From Paragordius varius (lineage: Eukaryota > Animalia > Nematomorpha): a stretch of DNA of 64,000 nt. Positions 23,898-37,104 of this stretch are shown here, in pieces. Position numbers and translations under genes: made by a program. Numbering within the stretch: the stretch's first letter is position 1; every line of letters starts with the position of its first letter. The DNA lies in assembly GCA_964247055.1 (NCBI GenBank), contig OZ176058.1, forward strand, positions 3,720,001-3,784,000, read 5' to 3'. The notes under the pieces are model-generated. The model did no database searches. It was not told the DNA's origin and worked only from the letters and a program-made list of their open reading frames with translations.

Positions 23898-25815
23898 AAT
23901 TTATATAAGAATGGAAAATTAATTTTTAACAAATAAATTTTTGGAAACCCTGCGATATTTATATTTTGGTGTTCAAGGTAAACACCTGGTTATAAAACTT
24001 TTAAAACCGTTATGGCAATAATTAACTTCCCATTTCAAATCCATTAATTTTTACAAGTGAGTGTCTTTAACATATTTTAATGTAAGTGTGAGTTAATTAA
24101 TAGGACCTTGTAAGAAATAATTTATTATGTTTAAAAATTTTGTCGTCCTTGTCGCGTGGTCGTTACGCCAAACAAATATTTTCAACTATTCTAATGATCA
24201 AAAGATATAATATCATAGTGTATAATAAAGTGGTATATTACTTTTAAATGCTAATTTTAAATCATAGATTTAAATAGAGTAAAAGACAAAACGTAATATA
24301 AAGACAAATATTTTATCAATAAGACAACCAAACTTTTTAAAACCATAATTTTTCTCATATATTTAAACAATTGTAAAATAAAGAATTAATTGTATTAGTA
24401 ATATATATCTCCACTTCAGACTTTGCTTAAAACAATGAGTTATATTGAAATAAATCAAGATTTAATAAGTATGGTTGTATTTAAAAAAAATTGTCTTTAT
24501 ATTTTCACTTTTCGTTTATCTTCAGTTTTTACTGTAAATCAACTTTGAGACAAGAATGTGGCATAAAAAACATATATTGAGCAAAACTAATCACAATAAA
24601 GCTCTTAAATTTGCCATATAACACTGTGTGCAAAAAGAGGGTATTTTTTAACAATTTTTTTTCATAAAATATAACTTTTAACCAGAAAATTCGTTCCACG
24701 CAAAAATTTTTTGTTTACGACCTAGTTTTTGTGAAAAGTTAAGCAAAATGGACAAAAAGTAAAAATAACTAAGATTAAATAAAAATAAAATGATAAAACT
24801 TGCGACGTTAGATTTAGTATCATATCGTATATTTACAATTAAATAGATTGATATCATATAATAAGCTTTTTATCTGACCAGGTCAAAAAATTGTCTCTTT
24901 AGCATACTTAATATTCAATAAATATCTAATGGAACTAATGGAAAAAAAATTATTTACTTGCACAACACACAAAAATGTTCACATTTATTATGCAGTAAAA
25001 ATAACTTCCACAAAAAATCTGATGAAATATATATTCTGATAGTTCAGGGGTGTCCAACACAAATGGCTTGAAGAGCCACCTTTTCGACCTCTAAATTCCA
25101 AAGAGCCACTTTTTTTATATATATCAAGACATTGGTAACAAATAAATTTATTATTTTAACATATAGATGTGCTAATTTTCATATCAAAAAGAAAATAAAC
25201 ATTATAAATATAATAATGATTTGCTAATTTATATCAATGTGTAAAAAAAGATAAATACATGGATATGGTAAACTTATTGCAATTCGATAGTATGACTAAA
25301 GTAGACTGTGGGGAATTTAATCGCCAAAATGTAACCTTATTTATTCAGACAGCAAGTTAATCATGAGGTGCGTACATGGAATTATAAAATGTTTAAGTAT
25401 TTCGCACGATACAAGATCACGATGAATCAAGTAATAGACCTGACTTAAAAGAAAGTACATATAAGCACATATATTAGCATCCTCAATAAATGGTCTCTAC
25501 AAAAGAAACCTTACCTTCTTAAAGGGAGATGATAATTATGCAATTTAAAATGTATTGAGTTAAATATGAGCGTGTGTCTGATAACGATTGGTGCTCATCC
25601 ACGATGGGAAAAAACAAGGGTAAAATGGAAACCGATGCCATAAATATGATCAAATATATATAATGCATTGACACCGTAAAAATATATGTGCACATGATTG
25701 TTGTCAAGAAAAATGTCTAATAAAGTTTTTTTTATTTAATAAAAATAAAATAAATATTTTTCATTGCATAATTAATTTTTTAATGGGATATTTGTTTTGT
25801 AGTTTTTTTGCTTAA

Positions 25816-27510
25816 TTAATTCAGATCTATTTCCATATTTGATACAGAACATCTCAATTCATTCTCCAAGCTTTCATCAGTTAATAAAGAATGTGAAAGA
25901 AATTTTGTGTATATCATTTTAGAAATAAAACTTTCACAAAGACAAGTGGACCCAAAAGCACAAATTAATCTTTGTGCAAAAATTTTTAAATTAGGAAATT
26001 TATCAAACGTTATATATTTTTTATAAAATTCAATTTTATTTGTTTGCCCAAATAATAATTTTTATTCATTATTGGATTGCAAATCTAGTAATTCCATTTG
26101 TAAATTAATAGGAGCGTTGATAGCTTCAACGTAGAATGGACAACAAAATAAATCAAATATTTTTCATATTTTGTCATATCCCCGTATCGATTATTAAAAG
26201 CTTTTGAAAATATGTTAATATGATCTGCATATTTTGAAAAATCGTTAGTTTTACCAGCTTTAAATCTATTCAATTCTGGAAAATGTTCAGCATTATTTTT
26301 TTTAAATGGCATTCAAATAACGTCAATTTTTTACAAAACGCTTTAATATGGTTATTGGCATCAACAATTAAATTATCTTGCTTTTGCAAGGATTTATTCA
26401 ATTGATTTAGTTTTTCGGTAATATCTACGGAAAAGCATAAATCTGACAACCAATCTTCATTGGTTAATTTCTCTAGCAAATAATTATTCTGAGTAGAAAA
26501 ATATTTATTTCTTTAAATAAATAATAAAACCTTTTTAGACAATTTCCTCGACTAAGCCACCTTACATTTGAAACAAATATAAGATCTCCATATTCTAAAT
26601 GAATTTCTTTTAATAACTTCTTAAACTGCATATGCTACAAAGCATGAGATTTTATGAAATTAACAACTTTGATAACAACGGTCATAACATTGTCCATTGT
26701 CAGAGCATGTGCGCAGAGATTTTCACGGTGAATCATGTAGGGCATTATATATATATGGTCAATATTAATACCATCGGATTCTATCTTATTTAAAATTAAT
26801 TTCACGGTTCCCTGGTTTTTCCCATCATAGCTGGGGCCCATCTGTTGTCAAACAAGATAGCGCCCTCGTATTTAATTTATTGTCCTCAATACATTTTAAA
26901 ATTGCATGAAGCATCTCATCTCCCTTAGTTGTATTTTTCATCGGAAGTAAGCCTAACATATCTTCTGATATATTAAAAAATTCATCTAGTAAGGACTACC
27001 AATTGTGATATGTTGCTTATATCTGTGCTTTCATCAACAGACAAGGAAAACGCCACAAAATTCTAAAATTTTTTTTAAGGAAAGTTGAATTTCTTCTGCG
27101 ATGTCTGTAATTCGTCGACACATAGTATTGCGCGAAAGACTTCTGGATATTAATTCAACTTTATTAGGCAAAACACATTTAATAATTTCCAGTACGCATT
27201 TCTTTATAAACTCACCATCAGAATAGCATTTTTTTAGCGAGTAAATTGGCAACAATATAACTTGCATTTACTATCGGATGAGGTTGCGTGAATGAAATTG
27301 TTGGTTGGAGATTATTAATATTTTATAAAGAATCTAATTTTATTCTTTTCATTTCTGTAGTCACATTAATAAAATCCAAATGCATGGTATTGAATTTTTA
27401 AATAATTATATTCGCGAAACCTGTTTGTCGTAAATTTGCAAATAAGGCAGTCCGCTTTGTTGAAAATTTGAGTAAACCCATATTTTAATTCCCAGTCGGG
27501 ATTGTATTTT
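25816..27510 (-). pseudogene. hAT transposase pseudogene (GTF2IRD2/Buster-like)
   Basis: Minus-strand fragments in expected order: DWELKYGF..CLIC (N-terminal Zn-finger-like), YSDGEFIKKC, SLSRNTMCRRI, FSLSVDESTDISNISQL, TTDG/PAM, IHRENLCA, VRWLSRGN, WLSDLCFSVDITEKLNQLNKSLQ, FGSTCLCESFISKM (C-terminal dimerisation region). Broken by several frameshifts and stops. Confidence 0.93.
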
Positions 27511-27534
27511 ATAGTTACTTTGATTTATGCATAT

Positions 27535-27945
27535 TGAAAGCTAAATAAATTATTTTAAATACCTATTTTTTTGCAAGTAATTTAATGTTTAAATGGACCC
27601 AAATTATAATTCTCAGTATTGGTATGAAAGCTAAATAAATTATTTTAAATACCTTTTTTTGCAAGTAAATTAATGTTTCAATGGACCCAAATTATAATTC
27701 ACAGTATTGGTATGAAAGCTAAATAAATTATTTTAAATATCTTTTTTTGCAAGTAATTTAATGTTTCAATGGACCCAAATAATTGCCAGTATTGGTATGA
27801 AAGCTAAATAAATTATTTTAAATACCTATTTTTTGCAAGATTTAATTTTTGAATGGACCTTAATTATAATTCCCAGTATTGGTATGAAAGCCAAATAAAT
27901 TATTTTAATTACCTATTTTTTGCAAGTAATTTAATGTTTTAATTT
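27535..27945 (+). repeat. Minisatellite, ~5 copies of a ~85-bp unit inside the hAT
   Basis: Unit approximates cagtattggtatgaaagctaaataaattattttaaatacctattttttgcaagtaatttaatgtttcaatggacccaaattataattc. Confidence 0.9.
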
Positions 27946-28699
27946 AATGTGAAAGTTAATTGAAGTTGGAAATAACATGCAGGAAAAAATGTGTTTATAA
28001 ATGATTAAATGAATGCGATGAAATAGATATTTATAATAAAAAATTTTATTAAATGTTTCTAAAAATAATTTGAATGTCAAAATAAAAATGCATAATTTCC
28101 ATATAAAATTTTTTTAAAAAAATAGAAATTATTTTTTTTTAATATTTTTTTTCAAAATTCAAAGAGCCACTCAAAATTTTCGATGAGCCACTAGTGGCTC
28201 GCGACCCTGTTGGACACCCCTGTGATAGTTAAATGTATAAGGATTAACATTTGCTTTTGGTTATGACCGTTACGAGTGATTTAAGAAAGTTATTTACATT
28301 TTTGTCGTAAGTTCTTCATATCGAAAATGGTGATTTTTCTACGCCTTTTTTTAAATATAATTTTTGGTGAAAGCTAGAGGATTCCTTCCAAAAATTATCT
28401 GGAGAGTATATTATAAACTACATATAAAAAGCAAAACAATGTTTTCAAAATTTTTTAATTAGATATAAGCTACAAAAATCCCATTTTTTTGCTCTTCTAA
28501 AATAGCGTCACTTTACGGAAATAAAAATAACGGGACGCGATAAAGATTTTAATTATAAGCTAAATTATGATATCAAATGCATATATTTTGAAAATTTAAT
28601 TTTAAAATATTTTGTTGAAGCGTACTTCATACTATTTTTAGTCATAATGGAAAAGGTTAAAAACGTATTAGAAATTTTTAAAATCCTTTTTCCATCTAA

Positions 28700-31600
28700 C
28701 TCTATGCTAAACATTTCTGTCATTACAGAATTTTGATTAAAATATTCGTTCTCAAATTTATGACAAATATACATTTATTAACCCTCTAGTCTGTATATGA
28801 TATGAGCCTTAGATTTTAATCTGGTTTAAACTTCCAGAGCAGAGAGGTCCAACGGGACTTTGAGTGCGGCCCGGAACTGCATTTTATGGAAAAATCTTTT
28901 TTACTGTAAATTTGTCCTTACTAATGCTTATTTTTAGCAACCAGAGGCTTTGTAGAATTTCTGTCTTGTAAAAACCAACTGCTAAATCTTTTTTCAGGCC
29001 ACACCATGATTCCTTCACTAACACTTTAACTTTGCATTAAATCCCTACAAACATGATTATGAAGTATGATACAAGACATATAAATTAATGATTAGGATAG
29101 TTAATTAAATTATTTTTAAACATTTAATTTGATGATGTCTAACATAAATGGCGTCGAGAGCCGCATTTAGAGTCGAATAATCTTTAGAGGTCGCAATCGA
29201 AATGTATATGAGCATCCATAAATTATTAGATTTCAAACATTATTGTATAAAAATGTTTTTATCTAGTTTTCGCCCATTAAATATATTTATTTAAAATGCA
29301 AATTTTATGAGCATATTATAAATTATATTTTTCCAAATTTTTCGCGTGACGCACATAAAGTCTCGAAGCAGGTGTTGGGTACTTCTGATTTAAATGTAAT
29401 CATGACCGCCGCTTTTCAAAATAACCAGTTATAATTTTAAATATGTTTGATACGTAATAAATATCATGCAATCATACAATTTTGCTAATTTTTTTGATAC
29501 AACATACTATTTTGCATTTTTGATGATGACTATGATCCTGAAGATGACTGTATCCATAACCCAACCCTAATATAACCACATGAATTAAGTTTTTTTCTTT
29601 AACTTTATGAAATGTAACGATATATTTTACAAATAACCAGAATGGTGGTATGCCAGTTATTCGTTACGATTGCAGTGTTGTGGATTCTCATGCTTTATGG
29701 CTTACGAATAATATAAATTATACTTCTCTGGTAATTGCTTCATATTAAAAAAAGGCGAAAATTGCGCACATTTTAATAAATTATTTTTTTGGCTGAGGCT
29801 TAATTCATAAATTATATCACTAAAATATAAAATCAAGTGTAAGAAAAATATCTACATAGATATATATATTCTGATAGGAAAAGATATCAGGATTATAATT
29901 GTGTTGATTTAGGCTCTTACCAGTTATATAAGAAAGTTTATTAGATTTTTTTATAATTACTTTATATCAGAAAATGGTAAAATTTGTGCACACTCTTAAA
30001 AGTTCCTATTGAAATAGTCTTATATGCCATAGCTACTTAAATTTTAAAATCTTAATTGTAAAAGGTTTTGGGCCGAATTTAAAAATAGGCTTTCTATAGC
30101 CTTTTGATTTTTAACGCATTATAATAAAAATATATATAAATTGTAAAAAAATATTCATCTCAAACTTCATTTTTATTTCGTTAAATTTTTTAAATCGTCA
30201 ATATGATAAGTTAATAAAATAATTGGTTAGAAAATGTAAATAAATGTTTTAAGGCTTTTAAGATGGATTTTACCTGAAAAAAACATTAATTTGGAAATCA
30301 GCTGTTTAGTTGAATCGTGTCCTGATGCCGTTCTAATTTTCTAGATATTTTAAGCTACAAAACCCTAAAAAATATAAGTTTTAATGTAATTTAGGAGATC
30401 ATTTTTGGATAATTAAATTTTATTTAACATAACACCCTAATTACATGATTAGTCCTTGGGATATAAAACTACCTCAATATCTCACTACGGACAAAAAAGT
30501 AAAAATGTGATAGGTCTCAAATAAAATTTTTTGCTGACTATGATTTATTCAAAAAATTATCACTAATATAATTTATAAACTACATATCCATTAATAATAT
30601 TTCTTTAGAGATAATTTTAAATATGGCCGAAAGTGCCAATTTTTTTCGCTGGTATCAAATGGGCTAGTTTTCTTTATATAGAGTCTAATGCTGAGATACC
30701 TTAATATAATTTTACATATATATGCTATATTGTAATATCAACTAAAAAGGTATAAAACGTATACTTTCATTAAAATAATTTCATACTATTTGGAGGCATG
30801 ATGAAAACGGGATAAAAACGGTTTAAGATATAAATACTTTATCTGTATAGTTTGATAGTGCTGATCATTGCCTCATAATTTTGATTAAAATATTCGTTCG
30901 TCTTAAAATTTTTTTGGTAAACATAAATTGTTATTTTTTACGAAAATTTTTTTGAATTTAAAAGTAAACGAGCTTTAAAATTGAAACTTGAAGCGATTGA
31001 AAATATTTTTCATCATCGAATTATATAGGGAAATTAATCTTAAAGCTTTTAAATACTCTTTCTTCTCAAACAGTATGAACGCTTCAACAAAATTTTGCCA
31101 TTATATTTATGAAAAAGAATTGCATTTTCAAAATATTTTTATTTGATATCAAAATTTGGATACATTTAAAATTTTTATAGCAGAATCTCATCAATTTTGC
31201 GTTGGAAAAAATTTTGGACTTCCGAAGCCCATATTTAAAAATTAACTTTTTTAAAATATCGTTTTGTTTTATGTAGTTAGATATAAATTAGTGATATTTT
31301 GTGAAAATAAGTACCTTTCACCAAAAAAAATTATTTCAAATTACACATTTACCATTTTATGATTGGAACACCTACCATAAAAAATAACATTAACTAACCT
31401 TTAGACCAAAATCAATAACATGATAATGCTGATACGTTTTCCTATCAGAATATATACACTTCATATATACCACTGGACGCATTATTATATAGAAAAAGTG
31501 TTTTTATCGTTTCGACCATATCTTTCAAAATTCTTTAAAAATTGTCATTTAAGGCAAAAAAATCAATTTTCGAGAAAATAATTTTTAAATTTAAATTTTT

Positions 31601-32190
31601 CATATAATTACATTTTTTATCCCGTAATGTCGGGCAATTTTTGCATTGTTTTAAAAAAAATGGCGCATTTTAGATAAGTCCAACAAATTTTCTTTCGTTA
31701 CCCCCATATAAAATTCAAAATTGTATAAAGTTCCTTTTTTATATATATATTTTAGATATTTTTATGATGCATTTAGCTTTTGCCAAAAAATTAATTTATG
31801 AAAATGTGCTCAAATATTTTTTTGAGTGCTAACCACCACAAAAATTGTGATAAATTTCAAATCTTATATTTCTCGGAAGACTCAACACCAAAAGCAACAT
31901 AAAAATCAGGATATATTCTATCGGAATATATATAAGTAATATACTCTATAAAATTTATGCGCTGACTATGTTAATGAATCTGTTGATTGTTTTAACAGCC
32001 TAAAAATCATTAGATTACCTTTTAAGCAGACGGCTTATGTATATATGTCTATTATACAGATATAAATATTTTTATATACTTTATATTTATTATATCTTTA
32101 AATTGTATACATATTAAATTGAAATTTTTCGTGATTCGTTGGCGGGATGGGTGCACTATCTCGAAAGTTGGGAAGAACACGTCTAATCGG
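28700..32190 (+). repeat. Segmental duplication block, near-identical to ~44150-47580
   Basis: Collinear with only scattered substitutions and small indels (e.g. 29161 ccgcatttagagtcgaataatc = ~44576). Offset is about 15.4 kb. Confidence 0.92.
28840..29387. mobile_element. Old degenerate hAT-like MITE (~550 bp); duplicate at 44252-44799
   Basis: The left end CAGAGAGGTCCAAC is followed by gcggcccg. The right end GTTGG(G/A)TACTTCTG resembles the hAT TIR at 25045. No TSD was recovered. Confidence 0.4.
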
Positions 32191-32885
32191 AAGTTATCTA
32201 ATACAAAACTGTATAAATGATTATCCACATAATTCTTTACAGTATGTCTGTAAACTAAAGTATGTTTATTTTGCTTTAAATATATTATAAATGATTATAG
32301 TTATTTGAAAATGGAAAAATCACAAAACAGCTGATTCTATGATTTCACGCATTAATTATTTTTTAAAGTAATGCATATAAACAGATTATTTTTTATTTCT
32401 TCATTCATGTCTATTTGATAACTATTCTCCATTTATGGACTCGAAGTTAGTTGTGTTGTGGTTTACCATTTTAAAAATGCTGTTTTAATCATATTAAACA
32501 TTATATATCATATTTTGGTTTGGGTACAAAATTGATAAGTCAAAAGGGAAAAAAGGGAGTTTATATAATATATACTATTACACAAAGATATCAAATATTC
32601 TGAGGCTATGCATGATAATGCATTTTATGACTTGTTGGCGGTTTTTGCGTTTTGGTTATATTTGAAGCAATCGGAAAACAATGCTCGTAAGCTATTTTTT
32701 TTCTTTTATTATTAATTTCATTTTCTCTTCGTCACAAAGATTGGAAGGGGGGAACTACCAGATGAATTTTTACTGGAAAAATGTGATTGTTTCGTTGTTA
32801 GTCGTTAAATGCTATAATGGAACTAGAAACAAGCGGAGAAGACATCGCTAAAACCTTTTCTTTTGCATGTAAAGCAGTGGGTGGA

Positions 32886-33362
32886 TTATTCCAATGAGTT
32901 AAAGACGGTGTTCAGCTTGATTGGTGTTGGATTTCCTCTAGTCTTTGAGAGAACACTTGTAAAATTGTTATTGATTAAACTTTTTTTAGTATCTTCAAGT
33001 GAGGAAACCCTTTTTCCAATCGGTGGCTGGCGGTTATCACCGATCGAAACAGGGTTATTCTCTGAATAAGATTGTGGATTGGCGGTTGGGTATATGGGTG
33101 ATGAAAGCTGTTTTAAGCGGTTCCCAACTACTAACAAATGCAGTAAAAATTAAAAATATGTTAGGCGACATAACCAAAAACTAAAAAGAAATATTTTTTC
33201 TATTTAAACCTTTGTTGTCATTAACTTACCAAAACTAAAAGTATGTTGTTCAATCAATAAAAATGTTTTTAAATCAAACAATATATGCAAATAAAACCTA
33301 ATCTAGCTCTTAATACTTACCATCAAGAGGATTCGTTGAGTATTTGACTTCATTATCAGATT
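32886..33362 (-). other. Two exon-like segments with intact splice sites in the left arm of the second inverted duplication
   Basis: ttatttag|42-nt exon 33362-33321 (E)SDNEVKYSTNPLD|gtaagt, then tttgttag|33130-32886 VVGNRLKQLSSPIYPTANPQ...NSLE*. Phases are compatible (1-1). No upstream exon or start codon was found. Confidence 0.4.
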
Positions 33363-34560
33363 CTAAATAAGTAACAGTACTAATGCCCAAAAATCCATAA
33401 TTAAAAATAGAATAAATAAATAATTCTTGTTATATGATGTCTACAAACATTGATTTTTTACTGGTAATATTTTTGGAAAGATTAATTCTAACCAAAAATA
33501 CAGGGTTTTTTTCATTCCGTTGAGTGAAATTTAGCATCGACTTCAATTAACTTACGCAATTTATCAAAAAAGAAGGATTTCGGAAACGGAATAAGAAAGT
33601 TATCATAGATTTGTGTTTAAACTTGAGAAAACCGCTAAATATTGTAGGAACGGATTTCCAACCATCAAAGTTAGAACCGAAATACAAGAAAACTCAGAGT
33701 AAGGAATAATATTCGCATTTAGGATTTTAAAGTTTTTTTGTTCTAAAGATGTATGAATTGAAATTGATAATTTTATAATCCATCCATGTAATCGTTTTTA
33801 GCCGAATCTAATGGGTTATTTGTATTCATAAACTTTAAAATGTTTATAAATGTATTTACATAGTTCATCCTATGCCTGGAAAATTATATCGAGTAACCGT
33901 CCGATTCTTTAGGTATTAGAAATTTTCAAAAACACAATGGTATTTAATACTTTTACAAGCTTCAAATTATTGCCAATGTTATTATAAATATTGGTTAAAA
34001 TTTGTCTTCCCAAAAAATATTACCATTAAAAAAATATACGGACACATCTTTAATCTATATAACCATAATTAATTTAATTATTCTAAATGTAATTACAGGT
34101 TTTCTGACATTTAAATAACTGTTTCTTAGTTAGAATCTGAAAATGAAGTCAAATACTCAACGAATCCCTTTGACGCTAAGTATAAAAAACCAGGTTTTAT
34201 TTGTTTTTTAAAACATTAATATCGATTGAAAAAACACTTTTGGTTTTGGTAAGTTAATGACAACAAAGGTCGAAATAGAAAAAATTCCTTTTTAAGTTTT
34301 TATGTTATGTCTCTTCACATATTTTAATTTTTACTATATATTTGTTAGTAGTTGTGTGAACCACCTCGAGCAACCTTCATCATCCATATCCCCAACCGCC
34401 AATTCACAACTTTATTTTGATGATAGCCCTGATTCGATCAGAGATAACCGCCAATCACCGATTGAAAAAAGGGTTTCCTCATTCGAAAAAACTAAAAAGT
34501 TTGACCAACAAAAGTTTCAAAAATGTTTCCTTAAGGACGAGATAAAAGGTGGCTGAAATC
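32930..34560. repeat. Second copy of the old inverted duplication (arms ~32930-33500 and ~33970-34560)
   Basis: The translated arms align: QLSSPIYPTANPQSYSENNPVSIGDNRQPPIGKRVSSLEDTKK (-) vs QPSSSISPTANSQLYFDDSPDSIRDNRQSPIEKRVSSFEKTKK (+). Confidence 0.8.
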
Positions 34561-35978
34561 AATTTTTGTTAAGTTTAATTATTACTAAATATCATAGTTT
34601 ACAGAAAAGATTATCGAGCAAAATTATAAGATGTCAAAAATTTATAGTAATATCTCATTAGCTAAAACCGTACGCATAGGTTATTCGTTGAACCCAAATG
34701 AGACAAAAATATTCCAATTTACTAATGGCAAAATTTTAAAAGTTAAATGAAAATCCATTTACTTAAATAGTTTCAAGCTTATAGAAAACGAGATTGAATG
34801 ATTCTTAACTAATTTTAATTTACACATAATTCAAAGTATTTATTTAAGGAAGCGCTTTGAATCAGTGAGTTTTTTATATGGTAAAGCCCTTTCTAGAGAA
34901 TACGAAAAATAAATTCACCTTAAAATAAAATATTTGTTTGAGGCTTGATCAGTTGTTATCTGCTACAATGATTATATCCCATTATAAAAAGAAAACCCTT
35001 TTGATATGTATAAGAGTATGCACAATCACGCTGTTAAATTCACAATTGTTAGTCAATTGATATAATACAGTAGCTTATGATATAAAACAAATTTTGTCCG
35101 TTTTTATCTAAGCAAATGAAAAGTTGTGTAAGGAAAAAATTGTTTAATTTTAACCATTTGTTGTAAATAATGTGCATTAGTCAACATAAATGTCCATACT
35201 CAATATTTCTTTAGTTATGTATATTATGATATTGGTGCTTACAGTGTAGACTTGGAGATGTCATTTGTTCTTCTCAAAAACTTCAGGATTTTTTCCGTCT
35301 CGCTTTTAATGGTTTTATTGGATGGATTCAGTCCTGAAGGTTGACAATACTCCCATTATAAAAATATATGTAGTTACAATTCGAACTATACAGACAAAAT
35401 GCAACCATATTTTTTAAGCCTTGTTTTATAGCTATAAATCATAGTTTCAGTTGAAGGGAGAGACTTATTCACTTAATTTTAATTTATTGTAATCAAATTT
35501 TTGTGGGGAAAAGGTTTGTGTTCATAAAAACATATTTGTCTTTATATTTTTACGTTTTGTCCATACAAATTTTATTTTTTACTGTAACATTTACGTTTTG
35601 TCAGTAAAATTTTAATTTTAAATATGTATCCTTTTGGTTAACTGTATGATTTAACTTCTATATACATAAGTAAATTGTTATTAGAGAATATTTTACCGGT
35701 GTCGCTATTTTTCGAATGTTATGTTGCCATGACAAGCAAATATTTTTAGGGAGCCTTTAAGTGTAAAATCTCACCAATCCTTATCATAGACTAGCATTAA
35801 CCCCTGATATGAGATGGTTAAACGATATTTTACGGCTTTCCGTTTAATTAGATTGCGCCACATAGTAGTAATTTTATAATCTTTTGCGAAAAAATTGGTA
35901 GTGTTGAAAACGAAATTTAGGATTAGATTTGATTGCTGATATCAAGATCTCCGATAAGAAAGTTTTGAGGATAAATAA

Positions 35979-37104
35979 CACTAGTCGACAAATTTGGACA
36001 TTTTTAAGCACCACCACTCAAACTTTTTAAATTATGACTAATTTCAGTGTTTTAAAACCGAATTTGAAAAAAATTTTGATCCCGCTAATCAGCATTTTGA
36101 AATTTTATAAGTTTTTCAATTTTAAAAACAAGTGAAAATCGAGAGAAAATTAAATATAACTTTATAATAAAATGTTATTATATTATAAACTTAAGATAAT
36201 TTAATAAAGCGTTTTAAACTCTATCTTTTGAATATAAATATGTCATTTAAATATCAGAGAGAAAAAAATAGTAGGGACTTAAACGTCAAAATTTAGTCTT
36301 TTTTTTCAAGTAAATTTTTAACACATATAAAATTTTTTTAAAAAAATACTAAAAAAGGCATTCTATTGTTTAAACCTTCGGCTTTCAGATAGGCTATATT
36401 TTTTTGTTAGTTTTCGTTCTTTCGAGTACTTATTAGACTTTTTCTCTTGAGTTGGTTCTTATAAAAAATCCTTTATTTATACCTAGTGGATATACCTTAT
36501 TTTTTTAAAATTATTGGTTGTTTGTATTTTGAATTTCAGATGGATGTTGTTTAGCCACTTTTAGTAGAATTTACTGTTATGGGGTTGGACCATTTGTATT
36601 TACCTAATTTATATTCAATTTAATTGTATTTATCTAACTTTATTCTGTAAATTGGTTAATTTAACATGTCAATTTGCCTGGATTTTGCTTGCAAGTCTCT
36701 CTTATCGGTTACGATTACTTATTGTTATCTTTGCCATATCTGGCATAATTGGATCGCTTGGGGGATATGCAGAGCTTGTGCAGCCGCCCGGATCTATCAC
36801 ACTATACATAAGCCCCTTTTAGATTTTTAATACTTTGGCTCTTAGCTTGTTTAGTATCTTATTTAATGCCTAGAATTTGTTATCCATGCATGAAATTACT
36901 TGTATCGACTTGCTTGTTTGAATATTTAAACATATGTACACGAGGAATGATTGTTATTTTTGAATTAAATACAAATTAAAAAATTAAATTTTGGAAAAAT
37001 CCTATTGGTGGCCTCAATTTTCTTTTTTGTTTTGGCCTATCCATGCCATTAGGTAACAGAAAATGCAAAAATAATGGGGTGGTGCAAAACCTTGTTGATC
37101 AGTG
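35979..37104. mobile_element. Non-autonomous CACTA/CMC-type (Chapaev3-like) element, 1126 bp
   Basis: Ends are CACTAGTCGACAA and TTGTTGATCAGTG. TAA is duplicated at 35976-35978 and 37105-37107. A clean empty site lies in the near-identical paralog at 13367-13369 (gataaaTAAttacagg). Confidence 0.9.

Larger units (their letters stand above)
25045..28222 (-). mobile_element. hAT DNA transposon (Buster/Charlie/SPIN-like), 3178 bp, transposase decayed
   Basis: Perfect 14-bp TIRs CAGGGGTGTCCAAC and GTTGGACACCCCTG, with subterminal gagccac repeats. Perfect 8-bp TSD TGATAGTT at 25037-25044 and 28223-28230. Empty sites at 20105-20112 and ~43684-43691. Confidence 0.95.
20640..28760 (+). repeat. Older, shorter tandem copy of the profilin-like gene unit (paralogous to ~14040-20620)
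   Basis: Begins at the same aaaatggcggcg motif as 14045 and lacks much of 14950-16700. It is collinear with copy A through the gene and downstream flank, and is interrupted by the hAT at 25045-28222. Confidence 0.8.

Noticed and set aside
26085-27267. ORF-track entries 26085, 26270, 26635 and 27034 as separate genes
   Set aside because: They are fragments of one frameshifted hAT transposase.
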